Notes under the pieces: model-generated
What the model saw: the letters and a program-made list of their open reading frames with translations, nothing else
Databases searched by the model: none
What the model was told of the DNA's origin: nothing
Source: a candidate division WOR-3 bacterium
Lineage (GTDB): Bacteria; Hydrothermota; Hydrothermia; LBFQ01
Length of the DNA: 64,000 nucleotides
Assembly: GCA_039802605.1 (NCBI GenBank)
Contig: JBDRWW010000002.1
Span: forward strand, 1 to 64,000
Direction: 5' to 3'
Translations under genes and position numbers: made by a program
Part shown: piece after piece, positions 19,263 through 29,489 of the stretch
How positions within the stretch are numbered: the stretch's first letter is position 1
Layout: the number at the start of each line of letters is the position of its first letter

Positions 19263-21663
19263 GTTAAAAAACTTTAAAGCCCATGCGAATTTTGATAGGG
19301 AGTTTGGAAAATTTACGATAATATTGGGCAGGAATAATGCGGGCAAGAGCACAATCCTTGAAGCTATTTATAAAGCCCTATACTCGGATAATAAGGGTTT
19401 TGGAACGGGTTATATAAGGAGGGGGGAAAGGGAGTTTGTGATAAACATCCAATTTTCGGATGGTTATGAGGTGGAAGTTATATATCCGGGAACAAAGGCG
19501 GCAAAGGTTTATGGGAATAACGGAATTTTAACCTTAAAAGAACTTAGGAGAATCCTAAGGTTTCCGGAAGATGACGAAACCTTCAAGTTTTTGGTGATGT
19601 TTGAACAGGGGAGTTTAGACGAGTTTGACAGCAGAACATACGAAAGGGTTAGAAAAATTTTAAAATTGGATTTTGCGAATGAAATTATCAAGGCGGCGGA
19701 TGGGGTTATAAGGGATTTAAAGAAGGTAATGGATAACGCCGAAAAGAAGATCCATCCGGGTGTATTCCACGCCAAGAGGGTTTTAAGGAGTTTAAAGTTG
19801 GAGTTGGAAGAGTGTAGGTGTGGTATAAAAAGGTTGGAGAGGTTTTCCAATAGGATACAAAGGAAAATATTTGAGCTTGAAGGGCAAAGGGATGAGATCA
19901 GAAGGGAAATAGAAGTTTTGGAAAAACTTAAAGGTGAGAGGGAAAGGAAAACCGGAATGTTAGAGGTTTTAAGGAAGAGAAAGGGGGAGATTGAAGGGAA
20001 GATTTTGGAGTTTGAGAGGACTTTTCCGCAAAACCTTCCAAAGGATAGGGAAATACTAAAAGCCATAAGTGAATACATTAAAAACGCGAAAACATTTAGG
20101 GAAAACCTTGAAAAGGCCAAAGAATACGAAAGGTTGAGGGGGGAGTATGAAAACATAAAAAACGATTATATGGAAAGGGCGCAAAATCTCGGAAAAACAA
20201 TAGAATATTTGAGGGGTTTTTACTCGGATTTGAAAAGGGTTGTGGAAACCCTTACGGGCATTCCGGAAGGCCTTATCGGTAAAACCCTTGAAGAATTAAA
20301 TGCCGAAATGGAAAACTTGAAGGCGGAGAGGGATAAGGTTATGTCGGAAATTGGACATTTTCAAAAGAGGTTGGAGAGTTTAAAAGATGCGGGTGATAGG
20401 TGTCCCGTATGCGGAGAATCCATGCCTTCCGAAAAGAGGGATAAACTAATAAAGGAAAGCCGTCAAATCCTAATGGAATTGGGCGAAAGGGAAAAGCGGA
20501 TAAGGGATAAGATAAAAGCCTTAGAAAAAAACATTCAAAAGCTAAACGAGTTAAGCGTTTATTTAAAAGCCTTGGAGGATAAACTCTCTGAATGCCCGGA
20601 ATCCTTAAAGGATAAGGCCCAAATTTGGGTTGCAAATGCGCTTAAAAACCCACAAAATGTTTTAAAAGATGTTGGGGAATTTGGTAAGGGTTTGCGTTCG
20701 GAGTTGGAGGAATTGGAGGGCAATTTTAAGGTTAAACAGGGGGAATACGAAAGGAGATTAAAGGAACTTGAAGAATCTTACGGGATATGTTTGGCATCAA
20801 AAAAAGAACTTGAAAGGATAACAAAGATGTACCCAAATATTGAAGATATTTCAAGGGGTTTGGATGAAGGGACCGTTGAAGAAAGTCTTAGGAAACTTGA
20901 AGAATACGAGAGGAATAAAGGGGAGATAGAAAAAACCATTAAAGAGTTGGAGGAAATACAAAAAACCCTTGAAGGTGAGGAGTTTAAGGATTTGGACAAT
21001 AGGTTAAACGGCGCCAAGGAAGTTTTAAGGGAAGTTGAAGAAAGGATTAACTCCTTAAGGGCCGAGAGGGAAGGGATAATAAACGGGATCAGGGGCTTAG
21101 AGGGTAGAATATACGAAAAACAACCGAAGTACGAGGAATTAAAGAAAACCGTTAGGGAATTTGAAGAGGCCAAAGAGGGTATAGAAAGGGTTTCAAGGTT
21201 TAAATACGCCGTTGAGGAGGCAAAGAAGACATTTATAAACTTGGCCAAGTTGGAGTTTGAGAAGGCTTTAAACATATATTTCTTGGATAGGTTTGGCTTC
21301 TCAAACAGATATACAAGAATAGAAGTTGATGAAAACTTTGAACCCGTATTCCATACCAGGGAAGGGAGTGTTATAAGTAGGGGTAGGAGTTTATCCGTAA
21401 ACGAGGTGGGTTTAAGTGGGGGTGAGAGGACGGCTTTGGGGCTTGCTTATAGGTTGGCCTTGAGGGAACTAATTGGGGATATTCCAAAAATTCTTTTATT
21501 GGATGAACCGACAACGCATATGGATGCGGATAGGAGGCTTGCGGTTTGGGGTATTTTAAAGGATATAGCGGAAAGGGATAATATTCAGATAATAGCGGTA
21601 ACCCACGACGATGCGGTTGAAGATGTCGTAGAAAGGGAAAACATAATAAGGCTCGCATCGTAA
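19243..21663 (+). CDS. Rad50/SbcC-type SMC ATPase
   Basis: Walker A GRNNAGKS, Q-loop FEQG, long coiled coil with CPVC zinc hook, LSGGE signature, LLLDEPT, VTH. Confidence 0.93.
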   Translation: MVIRRVRLKNFKAHANFDREFGKFTIILGRNNAGKSTILEAIYKALYSDNKGFGTGYIRRGEREFVINIQFSDGYEVEVIYPGTKAAKVYGNNGILTLKELRRILRFPEDDETFKFLVMFEQGSLDEFDSRTYERVRKILKLDFANEIIKAADGVIRDLKKVMDNAEKKIHPGVFHAKRVLRSLKLELEECRCGIKRLERFSNRIQRKIFELEGQRDEIRREIEVLEKLKGERERKTGMLEVLRKRKGEIEGKILEFERTFPQNLPKDREILKAISEYIKNAKTFRENLEKAKEYERLRGEYENIKNDYMERAQNLGKTIEYLRGFYSDLKRVVETLTGIPEGLIGKTLEELNAEMENLKAERDKVMSEIGHFQKRLESLKDAGDRCPVCGESMPSEKRDKLIKESRQILMELGEREKRIRDKIKALEKNIQKLNELSVYLKALEDKLSECPESLKDKAQIWVANALKNPQNVLKDVGEFGKGLRSELEELEGNFKVKQGEYERRLKELEESYGICLASKKELERITKMYPNIEDISRGLDEGTVEESLRKLEEYERNKGEIEKTIKELEEIQKTLEGEEFKDLDNRLNGAKEVLREVEERINSLRAEREGIINGIRGLEGRIYEKQPKYEELKKTVREFEEAKEGIERVSRFKYAVEEAKKTFINLAKLEFEKALNIYFLDRFGFSNRYTRIEVDENFEPVFHTREGSVISRGRSLSVNEVGLSGGERTALGLAYRLALRELIGDIPKILLLDEPTTHMDADRRLAVWGILKDIAERDNIQIIAVTHDDAVEDVVERENIIRLAS

Positions 21664-21689
21664 TAAATCCCACCTTAAAATATGCGACA

Positions 21690-23807
21690 ATGTTAATGCT
21701 TTTAATATCCGCGCCGCCGCCGGATGAGATTAAGAGGTTGGAGGAGATAAAAGATTACTTTGAGGAAGCCGAGAGGGTTTCCGGGGTTTCAAAGGATGTT
21801 TTAATGGCCGTTTCATACGCCCTAACGAAATATTATCACCACATACCCAAGGAGGGCGAAATACCGCAATACGGGATAATGGGGATTTTCAATTTGAGCG
21901 AGGCGGAAAGGTTTTCCGGAATAAATAGGGAAAAGATAATCAATAATCCAAGGGATAACATCATAGCGGGTGCAAAACTTATAAGGCACTATATGGAAGT
22001 TTGCGGTGGGGATTTGCAATGCGCTTTGAGGAATTACGGGCCAAAGGGCGCGGAGAACGCATTCGCGATGGATGTTTTGAAGCTCCTGAAAAACGGTTTA
22101 GAATACCCCGTATTATCAATAAAACCACATACCGAAATAAACATAAAGGATACCGAAAAAAGCGGTTTTAAACCCTTGGCTTGCCCCCCTGGGCCCGAAT
22201 ACCCATTAGTTGACAGGTGGGATCAGGCGGACCCTTCAAACTTTACGGCGAGTTCAAGGCCGAGCAGTTATCCAATACATAAAATAATCGTCCATACAAC
22301 GGAAGGGTCGTATTACGGTGCCATATCCTGGTTTAAAAACCCCTCTTCAAATGTTAGCGCGCATTATGTTTTGAGGTCTTCGGATGGGGAGGCCACACAA
22401 ATGGTTTGCCATAAGGATATAGCATGGCACGCGGGAAATTGGTATTACAATACGAGGTCAATAGGTATAGAGCACGAGGGATATGTATCGCAAAACGGTT
22501 GGTACACGGATACGGTTTTAAAGAAATCCGCATATATAAGCAGAATGTCCATAACAACCTTTGGGTTTTCACTAAATCACGATACGATAAACGGGATAAT
22601 GGGGCACAATGAGGTACCCGGAGCAACCCATACAGACCCCGGAGCGTACTGGGACTGGCTTTACTATATGGCATTGGTTGAAGGTTTAAGGGTTTCGGAT
22701 ACGCTGGTTGATAACTTAACAACGGGTTTTAGGAGGGGTGGCCCTTATGAGTATTGGTGGTTTGATTCCGGCAACGGATACGGAACGGTTTATTCCCTTG
22801 GGAATTATAGGCACACTTGGTACACATATACAACAACCGGCTCCGTTGTGAATTGGGCCAGATGGACACCAAACCTACCCAGAACGGGTTTGTACGAGGT
22901 AAAGGTTTATATACCTTCCGGGTACAACGCCTATGTTAGGTATAGGGTTTATCATCAGGGGAGTATAACGGATGTTTGGATAAATCAGTCCCTATACTCA
23001 AATCAATGGGTTAGCCTCGGAACATACACCTTTGATGCGGGTTATTCCATAAACAACGCTTTAACCCTTGGGGATACATCAGACGCTTCCGGAAGGAAAA
23101 TAGCATTTGACGCCGCCGTTTGGATATACAGGGGGCCTTCGGGTTGCGGGGATGTGGTTGTGGATGATGGGGATCCGAATTGGTATCCCTTTGGAAGTTG
23201 GTATCTGAGTTCTTATTCGGGTTATAACGGGGATTATAGGTATGCTAATGTTGGAGGAACGCCTGACTCCGCTTTATGGGTTTCTTCCCTTCCATGTTCC
23301 GGGGGATGGAAGGTTTATGCATGGGTTAGGAAGGGAACGAACAGGACCACACAAGCCCATTACAGAATAAGAACAATACACGGCGATACGAGTTTATACC
23401 TTAATCAATACGGTTCCTCCTCGGATACCGGTTGGTTTTACTTGGGAAGCGTTTGCGCGGATACATTCCTGGTTAAACTTTACGACAATGCCCCGGATGG
23501 TAGCGTTGTCATAGCAGACGGTATAATGTTCAGGAGGGATACGAGCATTTCGTGTTATACGGATGTATCCGAATCCGAGGTTGAAGAGAATATAGATATA
23601 AGGTTTGAGAGGGGTTATATAAATGTCTTGGTTCCTACGAGGACGGATTTAACCCTTAAAGTCTTCTCTGCCGATGGTAGGGCGTTGGTTAAGGAAGAAT
23701 ACAAAGGGGTAAGGGGTTGGGTTAAATATCCCTTCAAGCATAGGGGTGTTTTCTTCGTTGTGGTTGAATGGAAGTATGGTTATAAAGTTAAGAAGTTCAT
23801 CCCTTAG
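21690..23807 (+). CDS. Secreted N-acetylmuramoyl-L-alanine amidase (Amidase_2) with two golvesin/Xly-like carbohydrate-binding modules and T9SS-like CTD
   Basis: IIVHTTEG, SAHY, AWHAGN, SIGIEHEG, GHNEVPGATHTDPG; two VDN/VDD...W..LG.Y...AD modules; VFSADGR...GVFFV...KKFI CTD. Confidence 0.88.
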   Translation: MLMLLISAPPPDEIKRLEEIKDYFEEAERVSGVSKDVLMAVSYALTKYYHHIPKEGEIPQYGIMGIFNLSEAERFSGINREKIINNPRDNIIAGAKLIRHYMEVCGGDLQCALRNYGPKGAENAFAMDVLKLLKNGLEYPVLSIKPHTEINIKDTEKSGFKPLACPPGPEYPLVDRWDQADPSNFTASSRPSSYPIHKIIVHTTEGSYYGAISWFKNPSSNVSAHYVLRSSDGEATQMVCHKDIAWHAGNWYYNTRSIGIEHEGYVSQNGWYTDTVLKKSAYISRMSITTFGFSLNHDTINGIMGHNEVPGATHTDPGAYWDWLYYMALVEGLRVSDTLVDNLTTGFRRGGPYEYWWFDSGNGYGTVYSLGNYRHTWYTYTTTGSVVNWARWTPNLPRTGLYEVKVYIPSGYNAYVRYRVYHQGSITDVWINQSLYSNQWVSLGTYTFDAGYSINNALTLGDTSDASGRKIAFDAAVWIYRGPSGCGDVVVDDGDPNWYPFGSWYLSSYSGYNGDYRYANVGGTPDSALWVSSLPCSGGWKVYAWVRKGTNRTTQAHYRIRTIHGDTSLYLNQYGSSSDTGWFYLGSVCADTFLVKLYDNAPDGSVVIADGIMFRRDTSISCYTDVSESEVEENIDIRFERGYINVLVPTRTDLTLKVFSADGRALVKEEYKGVRGWVKYPFKHRGVFFVVVEWKYGYKVKKFIP

Positions 23808-23816
23808 AATCACGGG

Positions 23817-24974
23817 TTGAAGTTTGAGGATATAAGGGGGCTTTTAAGGGAATTAAGGGAAAGGTGGGATATATATTTAGTTGGGGGGGTTCTTAGGGAT
23901 TGGGTTTTAAAGGACTATAAAGATTTCCTCGCTAAGGATTGCGATTTCGTATTAATAGGTGGTATAAGGGAATTAAAGGAGGTGGTGGATTTTTTAAAGG
24001 ATAAGGGGTTTGTGTTAAAAAAGTTTTCACAATTTGGAACAGCGGAAATGCTGTTTAAAGGGGTAAATTTTGATATCGCCATTTGTAGGAAAGAGATTTA
24101 TGATTATCCGGGAGCGTTGCCCAAGGTTGAGTTTGTTAAAAATTTAGAGGTGGATGTTTTGCGGAGAGACTTTACGGCAAACGCATTATACTTTGACGGG
24201 GAAAGGATAATCGATTTTGTTAAAGGTTTGGATGATATAAGGGAAAGGGTTTTAAGGCCTTTGGCATCCTTTTCCGACGATCCTACGAGGATTCTTAGGG
24301 GGATAAGGTATAAGAACCTTTTGGGGTTCGATTATGCGGATGAATTTTTTAAATTCCTTGAAGATGGTAGGGGGTATATAAAAAATGTTTCTTACCAAAG
24401 GCTTTTAAACGAGTTGAGGATCACATCCAAAATACCAAAAAAAGCATTTTATAAAGCCTTTAAGGAGATGGTGGAATTTGATGTCCTGTTTTGGATTGGG
24501 GAAACACCAAGGGATATTTATAAAAAGTGGAAAGGCTTTTATGTTGGAAAACCCAATAAATACCGTTGGGTTATCCTTTTGGCACCTTTTGTAAAGGGGG
24601 GATTACCCCTTGAAGGTGAAGAAATGTCGGCAATTGATGTATTAAAACTGCCGGATGTTGAAAATAACATAGAAAGAATACACGAAGCGTTTTCCAACCG
24701 AAGGGACCTAGACATATTAACATACGCGAATTGGAAGGGTAAGGATAAGAGGATTTTTAGGTTTTATTTGCGGGTTAAAAACAAGGTAAAAATAACCCTA
24801 TACCCCATTGAAGAGAGGGTTAAAAGTTTTCGTAAAGTTTTGAAATCCTTAGGGTTGGAAATACCGGAACCGGAATTCCTGTATTACAAACCGGAAAAAC
24901 CGCAGGAAAATAGGGGGTTAAAGGTGAAAATTGAATCTTACATTTTAGGGGCTTTGTTTGGTATCTTGGGTTAA
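23817..24974 (+). CDS. cca: tRNA nucleotidyltransferase (class II CCA/A-adding type)
   Basis: YLVGGVLRD, DCD, RKEIYDYPGALPKV, RRDFTANA, DDPTRILRG. Confidence 0.88.
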   Translation: MKFEDIRGLLRELRERWDIYLVGGVLRDWVLKDYKDFLAKDCDFVLIGGIRELKEVVDFLKDKGFVLKKFSQFGTAEMLFKGVNFDIAICRKEIYDYPGALPKVEFVKNLEVDVLRRDFTANALYFDGERIIDFVKGLDDIRERVLRPLASFSDDPTRILRGIRYKNLLGFDYADEFFKFLEDGRGYIKNVSYQRLLNELRITSKIPKKAFYKAFKEMVEFDVLFWIGETPRDIYKKWKGFYVGKPNKYRWVILLAPFVKGGLPLEGEEMSAIDVLKLPDVENNIERIHEAFSNRRDLDILTYANWKGKDKRIFRFYLRVKNKVKITLYPIEERVKSFRKVLKSLGLEIPEPEFLYYKPEKPQENRGLKVKIESYILGALFGILG

Positions 24975-25025
24975 TAAGATGCAAGGGCTGGGACTTTTAG
25001 CATTCCACCTTAGAATATCTACCTT

Positions 25026-25517
25026 ATGAAAATGCCAAAATTTAAATTGAAGGGCACGGATGAGAGGTTTTACACAGATGAGGATATAAAGGGGAAATAC
25101 GGTTCGGTTATTATATTCTGGTGTAATCACTGTCCGTATGTAAAGGCTTGGGAAAGCGAGGTGTTGAGGATAGTAAATCAATACAAGGATAAGTTTGGCT
25201 TTGCATTTATAAACTCAAACGACCCAAACAAATACCCCGAAGATTCATTTGAAAACATGAAAAAGAAGGACTATCCGGTACCATACCTGTTTGATGAAAC
25301 ACAGGAAGTTGCAAAAACATTTGGAGCCGAAAGGACACCGCATGTTTTCGTTTTTGATATAGAAGGGAATCTGGTTTATAAGGGTGCCCCGGATGACGAC
25401 TACGAGGGAAATCCGAAAAAACGCTATTTAGTTGAGGTTTTGGAGGCCTTAATAAAAGGGGAAAAGCCCCCGTATAGCGAAACGCCCGCAGTTGGATGTA
25501 CTATAAAGTGGAAATAA
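25026..25517 (+). CDS. Thioredoxin/AhpC-TSA family protein
   Basis: FWCNHCPYV, INSND..YPEDS, AERTP, GCTIKW. Confidence 0.92.
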   Translation: MKMPKFKLKGTDERFYTDEDIKGKYGSVIIFWCNHCPYVKAWESEVLRIVNQYKDKFGFAFINSNDPNKYPEDSFENMKKKDYPVPYLFDETQEVAKTFGAERTPHVFVFDIEGNLVYKGAPDDDYEGNPKKRYLVEVLEALIKGEKPPYSETPAVGCTIKWK

Positions 25518-25521
25518 GATA

Positions 25522-26298
25522 CTATCTATCCTGAAAGTTTGGCCTCCTCTTCTCCTTAAAGGCTTTAATTCCCTCCTTTTTATCTTCCGTTTCGCACAAT
25601 TCTGCAAACAAACGGGCTTCAAGGTCAAGGCCTTCGCCCAAACTAAGGTCTTCACCCTCATAAACCGCCCTTAGCGCCGCCCTTATTGACGGCAATCCCT
25701 TTTGTGCTATCCTCTTTGCGAAATCCTTAGAAGCCATTATAACCTTATCCGAGGGGACAACGGCATCAACGAGGCCTATACGGAAAGCCTCCTGAGCCGC
25801 TATCTGCTCGCCCGTAAGTATCAACCTTAAAGCGTTAGACCTCCCCACCAACCTAGTAAGCCTTTGGGTTCCACCCATTCCCGGTATTATCCCCAGGTTT
25901 ATTTCCGGTTGCCCGAATTTTGCCTTATCCCCCGCTATCCTAAAAGTGCAGGCCAAAGCCAACTCCAAACCACCACCAAGACATAGGGAATGTATAGCCG
26001 CTATTGATGGTTTTCCAAGGCTTTCAAGTTTGTTTGCTATACTCTGGGCCTGCTTAACCACCCCGTAAGCCTCTTCCTTTGTGTTCAGCTTTTCTATTTC
26101 GTTTATATCCGCACCCGCTATCCACGCTATTTGACCAGCCGCTGCAAGTATTACAACCTTTACCTCGTCGTTATCCCTTAACTCATCAAGGGCCTTGTCC
26201 AACTCCTCCATAACAGCCCTTGAAAGGGCATTAACCGGAGGATTTTCTATTACCAATGTGGCTATTCTATCCTCAACGCTATACCTGACATATGCCAT
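25522..26298 (-). CDS. Enoyl-CoA hydratase/isomerase
   Basis: NPPVNAL, AGADI, GGGLELALAC, GQPEINLGIIPG.GGTQRL. Confidence 0.94.
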   Translation of the reverse strand: MAYVRYSVEDRIATLVIENPPVNALSRAVMEELDKALDELRDNDEVKVVILAAAGQIAWIAGADINEIEKLNTKEEAYGVVKQAQSIANKLESLGKPSIAAIHSLCLGGGLELALACTFRIAGDKAKFGQPEINLGIIPGMGGTQRLTRLVGRSNALRLILTGEQIAAQEAFRIGLVDAVVPSDKVIMASKDFAKRIAQKGLPSIRAALRAVYEGEDLSLGEGLDLEARLFAELCETEDKKEGIKAFKEKRRPNFQDR

Positions 26299-26364
26299 AG
26301 GTGGGTATTTTACGCCCGTTATACCTTTGATATTTAAAGTTTGTCGCCTTTATAATCTTTACTC

Positions 26365-27687
26365 ATGGAATTTAGGCTTGACGGCATTGTGAACATAAAT
26401 TACGGTAAATGCGGGATAGGAAAGATAAACTTGGAGTTAAAGCCTTTGGGTAAGTGTAGCAGGTGCAAGAAAAACGAGGCTATTATAAACCTGGCATACG
26501 CAAGACAAAGACTTTGTAAAGATTGTTTTAACGATTTCTTCGTTAATAGGGTTAGGAGGGTTGTAGAAGAGTTTAGAATGTTTAAACCCGGTGAGAGGGT
26601 TGCCGTGGCGGTTTCGGGTGGTAAGGATAGCGTTGCCCTACTCCACGCCCTAAAAAAGGCCTTTCCACAACAAGATATATACGCCTTTTACATAAACCTC
26701 GGAATAAAATATTACTCGGATCACCTTGAAAAGAAGGTAATAGAGCTTGCGGAAATGGTCGGTGTCCCCATAGAGATATACAACTTAAAGGAAAAAGAAG
26801 GTTATACCATAGACGATTTTCTACTAACAAAGTATAAGAACAAGATGTGCTCGGTTTGTGGGGCAATAAAGAGGAATATTTTTACGATGCTGGCGGTAAA
26901 GGTAAATGCGGATGCGGTTGCAACGGGGCACAACCTTGACGATACCGTTTCAACAATGATGTCTTTATTCTTTGCGGGGGATTTTGAAGGTATAGCGAGG
27001 TTAAAACCCGTATTAAAACCATTAATAAAGGGACAGCCAAGAAAGATAAAACCCTTAATAACAACCCCCGAAATTGAGGATTTATATTATGTGGCCTTAA
27101 ACGAACTTCCGGTTCAGGAATGCGGTTGCCCTCATGGGGAATTTACACCGATTAAGGGCATGAAAAAATGGCTTGACGAAATGGAAAAGGAACAACCGGA
27201 TATAAAGTTTAGGCTCCTATCCGTATTCAGAAGGAAGTTTATCCCATTGGTGGATAGGGGATTAGGTGAAGAAGGCGTTGAAGGGGTTAGGGCATGTACG
27301 GTTTGCGGAATGCCCTCATCATCCGAAGTATGCTCAAAGTGTAGGAGGGTTATGGAGTTGATGGAAATCAAGGAAAGGAGAGGAGAAATTAAGATGGAAA
27401 TAACATTTGAGGAGTTGGAAAGGTTAAGGGAGAAAGAAGGGGTTGTTTTACTTGATGTTAGGGATAGAAAAGAGTACGAGGTTTATACCCTTGAAGGGGC
27501 TATAAATATCCCCGCGGATGAGATACAGAAAAGGTGGAAAGAACTCTTAAAGTATAAGAGAACGCATAAGGTTGTTGTGTTTTGCAATGCCGGAAGGAGC
27601 AGTTATGCCGTGGCGGTGAAGTTGAGGAATTTGGGTTTTGATGCCTATAACTTAAAGGGTGGTATAATAAGCCATATTCAACCTTAA
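26365..27687 (+). CDS. ttuA: TtuA/Ncs6-type tRNA 2-thiolase fused to a C-terminal rhodanese domain
   Basis: N-terminal CxxC...CxxC zinc finger, SGGKDS PP-loop, CSVC, TGHNLDD, CPH, C-terminal CxxC..CxxC finger; then LLDVR...GAINIP...VFCNAGRSS...NLKGG rhodanese. The N-terminal ~20 aa are uncertain. Confidence 0.87.
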   Translation: MEFRLDGIVNINYGKCGIGKINLELKPLGKCSRCKKNEAIINLAYARQRLCKDCFNDFFVNRVRRVVEEFRMFKPGERVAVAVSGGKDSVALLHALKKAFPQQDIYAFYINLGIKYYSDHLEKKVIELAEMVGVPIEIYNLKEKEGYTIDDFLLTKYKNKMCSVCGAIKRNIFTMLAVKVNADAVATGHNLDDTVSTMMSLFFAGDFEGIARLKPVLKPLIKGQPRKIKPLITTPEIEDLYYVALNELPVQECGCPHGEFTPIKGMKKWLDEMEKEQPDIKFRLLSVFRRKFIPLVDRGLGEEGVEGVRACTVCGMPSSSEVCSKCRRVMELMEIKERRGEIKMEITFEELERLREKEGVVLLDVRDRKEYEVYTLEGAINIPADEIQKRWKELLKYKRTHKVVVFCNAGRSSYAVAVKLRNLGFDAYNLKGGIISHIQP

Positions 27688-27699
27688 AATCCCCAACTC

Positions 27700-28872
27700 A
27701 TGGAGGAGAGGAAATCCGTAAAAGAGGTAAAGATAACCATAAACAGGGAAGACTTGGAAAAATACGAGGACGAGGCGGCAAAAAGGTTGGCAAAGAGGGT
27801 TAGGGTTCAGGGATTTAGGCCCGGTAAAGCACCCGTTGATATAGTGAAGAGACTGTACAAGGATAGGATAGTGGAAGAGGCTTTGGAAGAGGCATTAAAC
27901 AAGGAGGTCAATAAACTAATAGAAGAAAACCGGTGGAAGATTATAACAAGGCCGAGGATAAAGGCGCAAGATCAGAACGATTCCACTTATGAATTCACGG
28001 TTGAGTTTGAGATAATACCGGAATTCAGCATACCCGACCTATCATCAATAACGGTAAAAAAGAGGATAAAGAGGGTAAAGGATTCGGATGTTGAGGAGAG
28101 GATAAACGCTTATAAGGAGGAGAATGCCCAATTAAAGGCGGTTGAAAGGGAGATAAGAGGGGGTGATGTAGTTTTGGCCCAGTATATTTTTAGGGATAAA
28201 GAGGGTAAAGAGGGTAAGCCGAAAAGGGCGAGGATAATTGTAAAATCCGATGAATTGGACGAAGACCTTTATAACGCGCTTATAGGCAAAAGGGCCGGCG
28301 ATGTGGTTGAACTTGAAGTGGAGGATGGAACGGAAATATACAAAATCCAAAATGTATACGAAAAAATATACCCAGACGATCAGGAAATAGCGGAATTGTT
28401 GGGATACACATCCCTTGATGAGATGAGGGAAAAGATAAAGGAACAACTCGTTGAGGAGTTTAACGAACAAGCCGAAGCGGAACTTGAAAACAATATTATA
28501 AACGAGATATACAAACTCTCACCCTTTGACCCCCCACCAACCTTGGTAGCACAAATATATTCGGATATAAGGAACCAGTTGGCCGGTAAAGTTCCACCGG
28601 ATGAGTTGGAACAAACCGCTCAACAGTTGGCGGTATTCAGGGCAATAACCGAAATAATCCTGTTAAGACTCATAGAGGAGAGGAACATAGATGTGACGGA
28701 AGAGGATATAATAAACTACCTTCGGGAAGATGGGGAAAAGAACCCGGAAGAATTCTTAGAAAAGGCGAAGAAAAGGGGGAAACTCGAAGAGTTGAAATCG
28801 CGGTATTTGATAAGGAAGGCCTTTGATTACCTAAAAAATACCGTTAAAATTGAACCGGAGCTTGTGGAATGA
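27700..28872 (+). CDS. tig: Trigger factor
   Basis: GFRPGKAP ribosome-binding signature; precedes clpP-clpX. Confidence 0.92.
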   Translation: MEERKSVKEVKITINREDLEKYEDEAAKRLAKRVRVQGFRPGKAPVDIVKRLYKDRIVEEALEEALNKEVNKLIEENRWKIITRPRIKAQDQNDSTYEFTVEFEIIPEFSIPDLSSITVKKRIKRVKDSDVEERINAYKEENAQLKAVEREIRGGDVVLAQYIFRDKEGKEGKPKRARIIVKSDELDEDLYNALIGKRAGDVVELEVEDGTEIYKIQNVYEKIYPDDQEIAELLGYTSLDEMREKIKEQLVEEFNEQAEAELENNIINEIYKLSPFDPPPTLVAQIYSDIRNQLAGKVPPDELEQTAQQLAVFRAITEIILLRLIEERNIDVTEEDIINYLREDGEKNPEEFLEKAKKRGKLEELKSRYLIRKAFDYLKNTVKIEPELVE

Positions 28873-29489
28873 AAAGGTTTTCACAATATGTACCCGTTGT
28901 TATAGAGCAGGAGGGCAGGTACGAGAGGGCTTATGACATATATTCCCGCCTATTAAAGGATAGGATTATATTCCTAACGACTCCGATAGATGACCATGTT
29001 GCGGGTTTAATAGTTGCCCAGATGTTATTCCTTGAAACCCAAGACCCCGAAAAGGAGATATACTTTTATATAAACTCACCGGGGGGGTATGTAACCGCCG
29101 GTTTGGCAATATACGATACCATGCAGTATATAAAGCCACCCGTCGTTACCGTATGCGTTGGTATGGCGGCCTCAATGGCGGCCGTCCTCTTGGCGGGGGG
29201 GCATAAGGGTAAAAGGTTAATACTACCGCATTCGAGGGTTATGATCCACCAACCTTGGGGAGGGGCGCAAGGGCAAGCAACCGATATAGAGATAGAGGCG
29301 AAAGAAATAAGCAGGTTAAAGCGCATGTTAAACGAGATATTGGCAAAGCACACGGGACAACCTTTAAAAAAGATTGAAAGGGATACGGACAGAAACTTTT
29401 ACATGTCGGCCGAGGAAGCGGTTGAATACGGAATTGTTGATAAAATTGTGGAGCCGAGGAAGGTATGGGAAAGTCCCCCAATAGAGTAA
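28869..29489 (+). CDS. clpP: ClpP protease
   Basis: [30 protein letters not shown]. Confidence 0.98.
   Translation: MKRFSQYVPVVIEQEGRYERAYDIYSRLLKDRIIFLTTPIDDHVAGLIVAQMLFLETQDPEKEIYFYINSPGGYVTAGLAIYDTMQYIKPPVVTVCVGMAASMAAVLLAGGHKGKRLILPHSRVMIHQPWGGAQGQATDIEIEAKEISRLKRMLNEILAKHTGQPLKKIERDTDRNFYMSAEEAVEYGIVDKIVEPRKVWESPPIE

Noticed and set aside
19509..21275. Long antisense ORFs (215, 165 aa) inside the Rad50 gene, and similar ones inside nnr, fusA, gyrA, thi4 and clpX
   Set aside because: Ser/Phe/Leu-rich mirror translations of Lys/Glu-rich sense genes; typical shadow ORFs.
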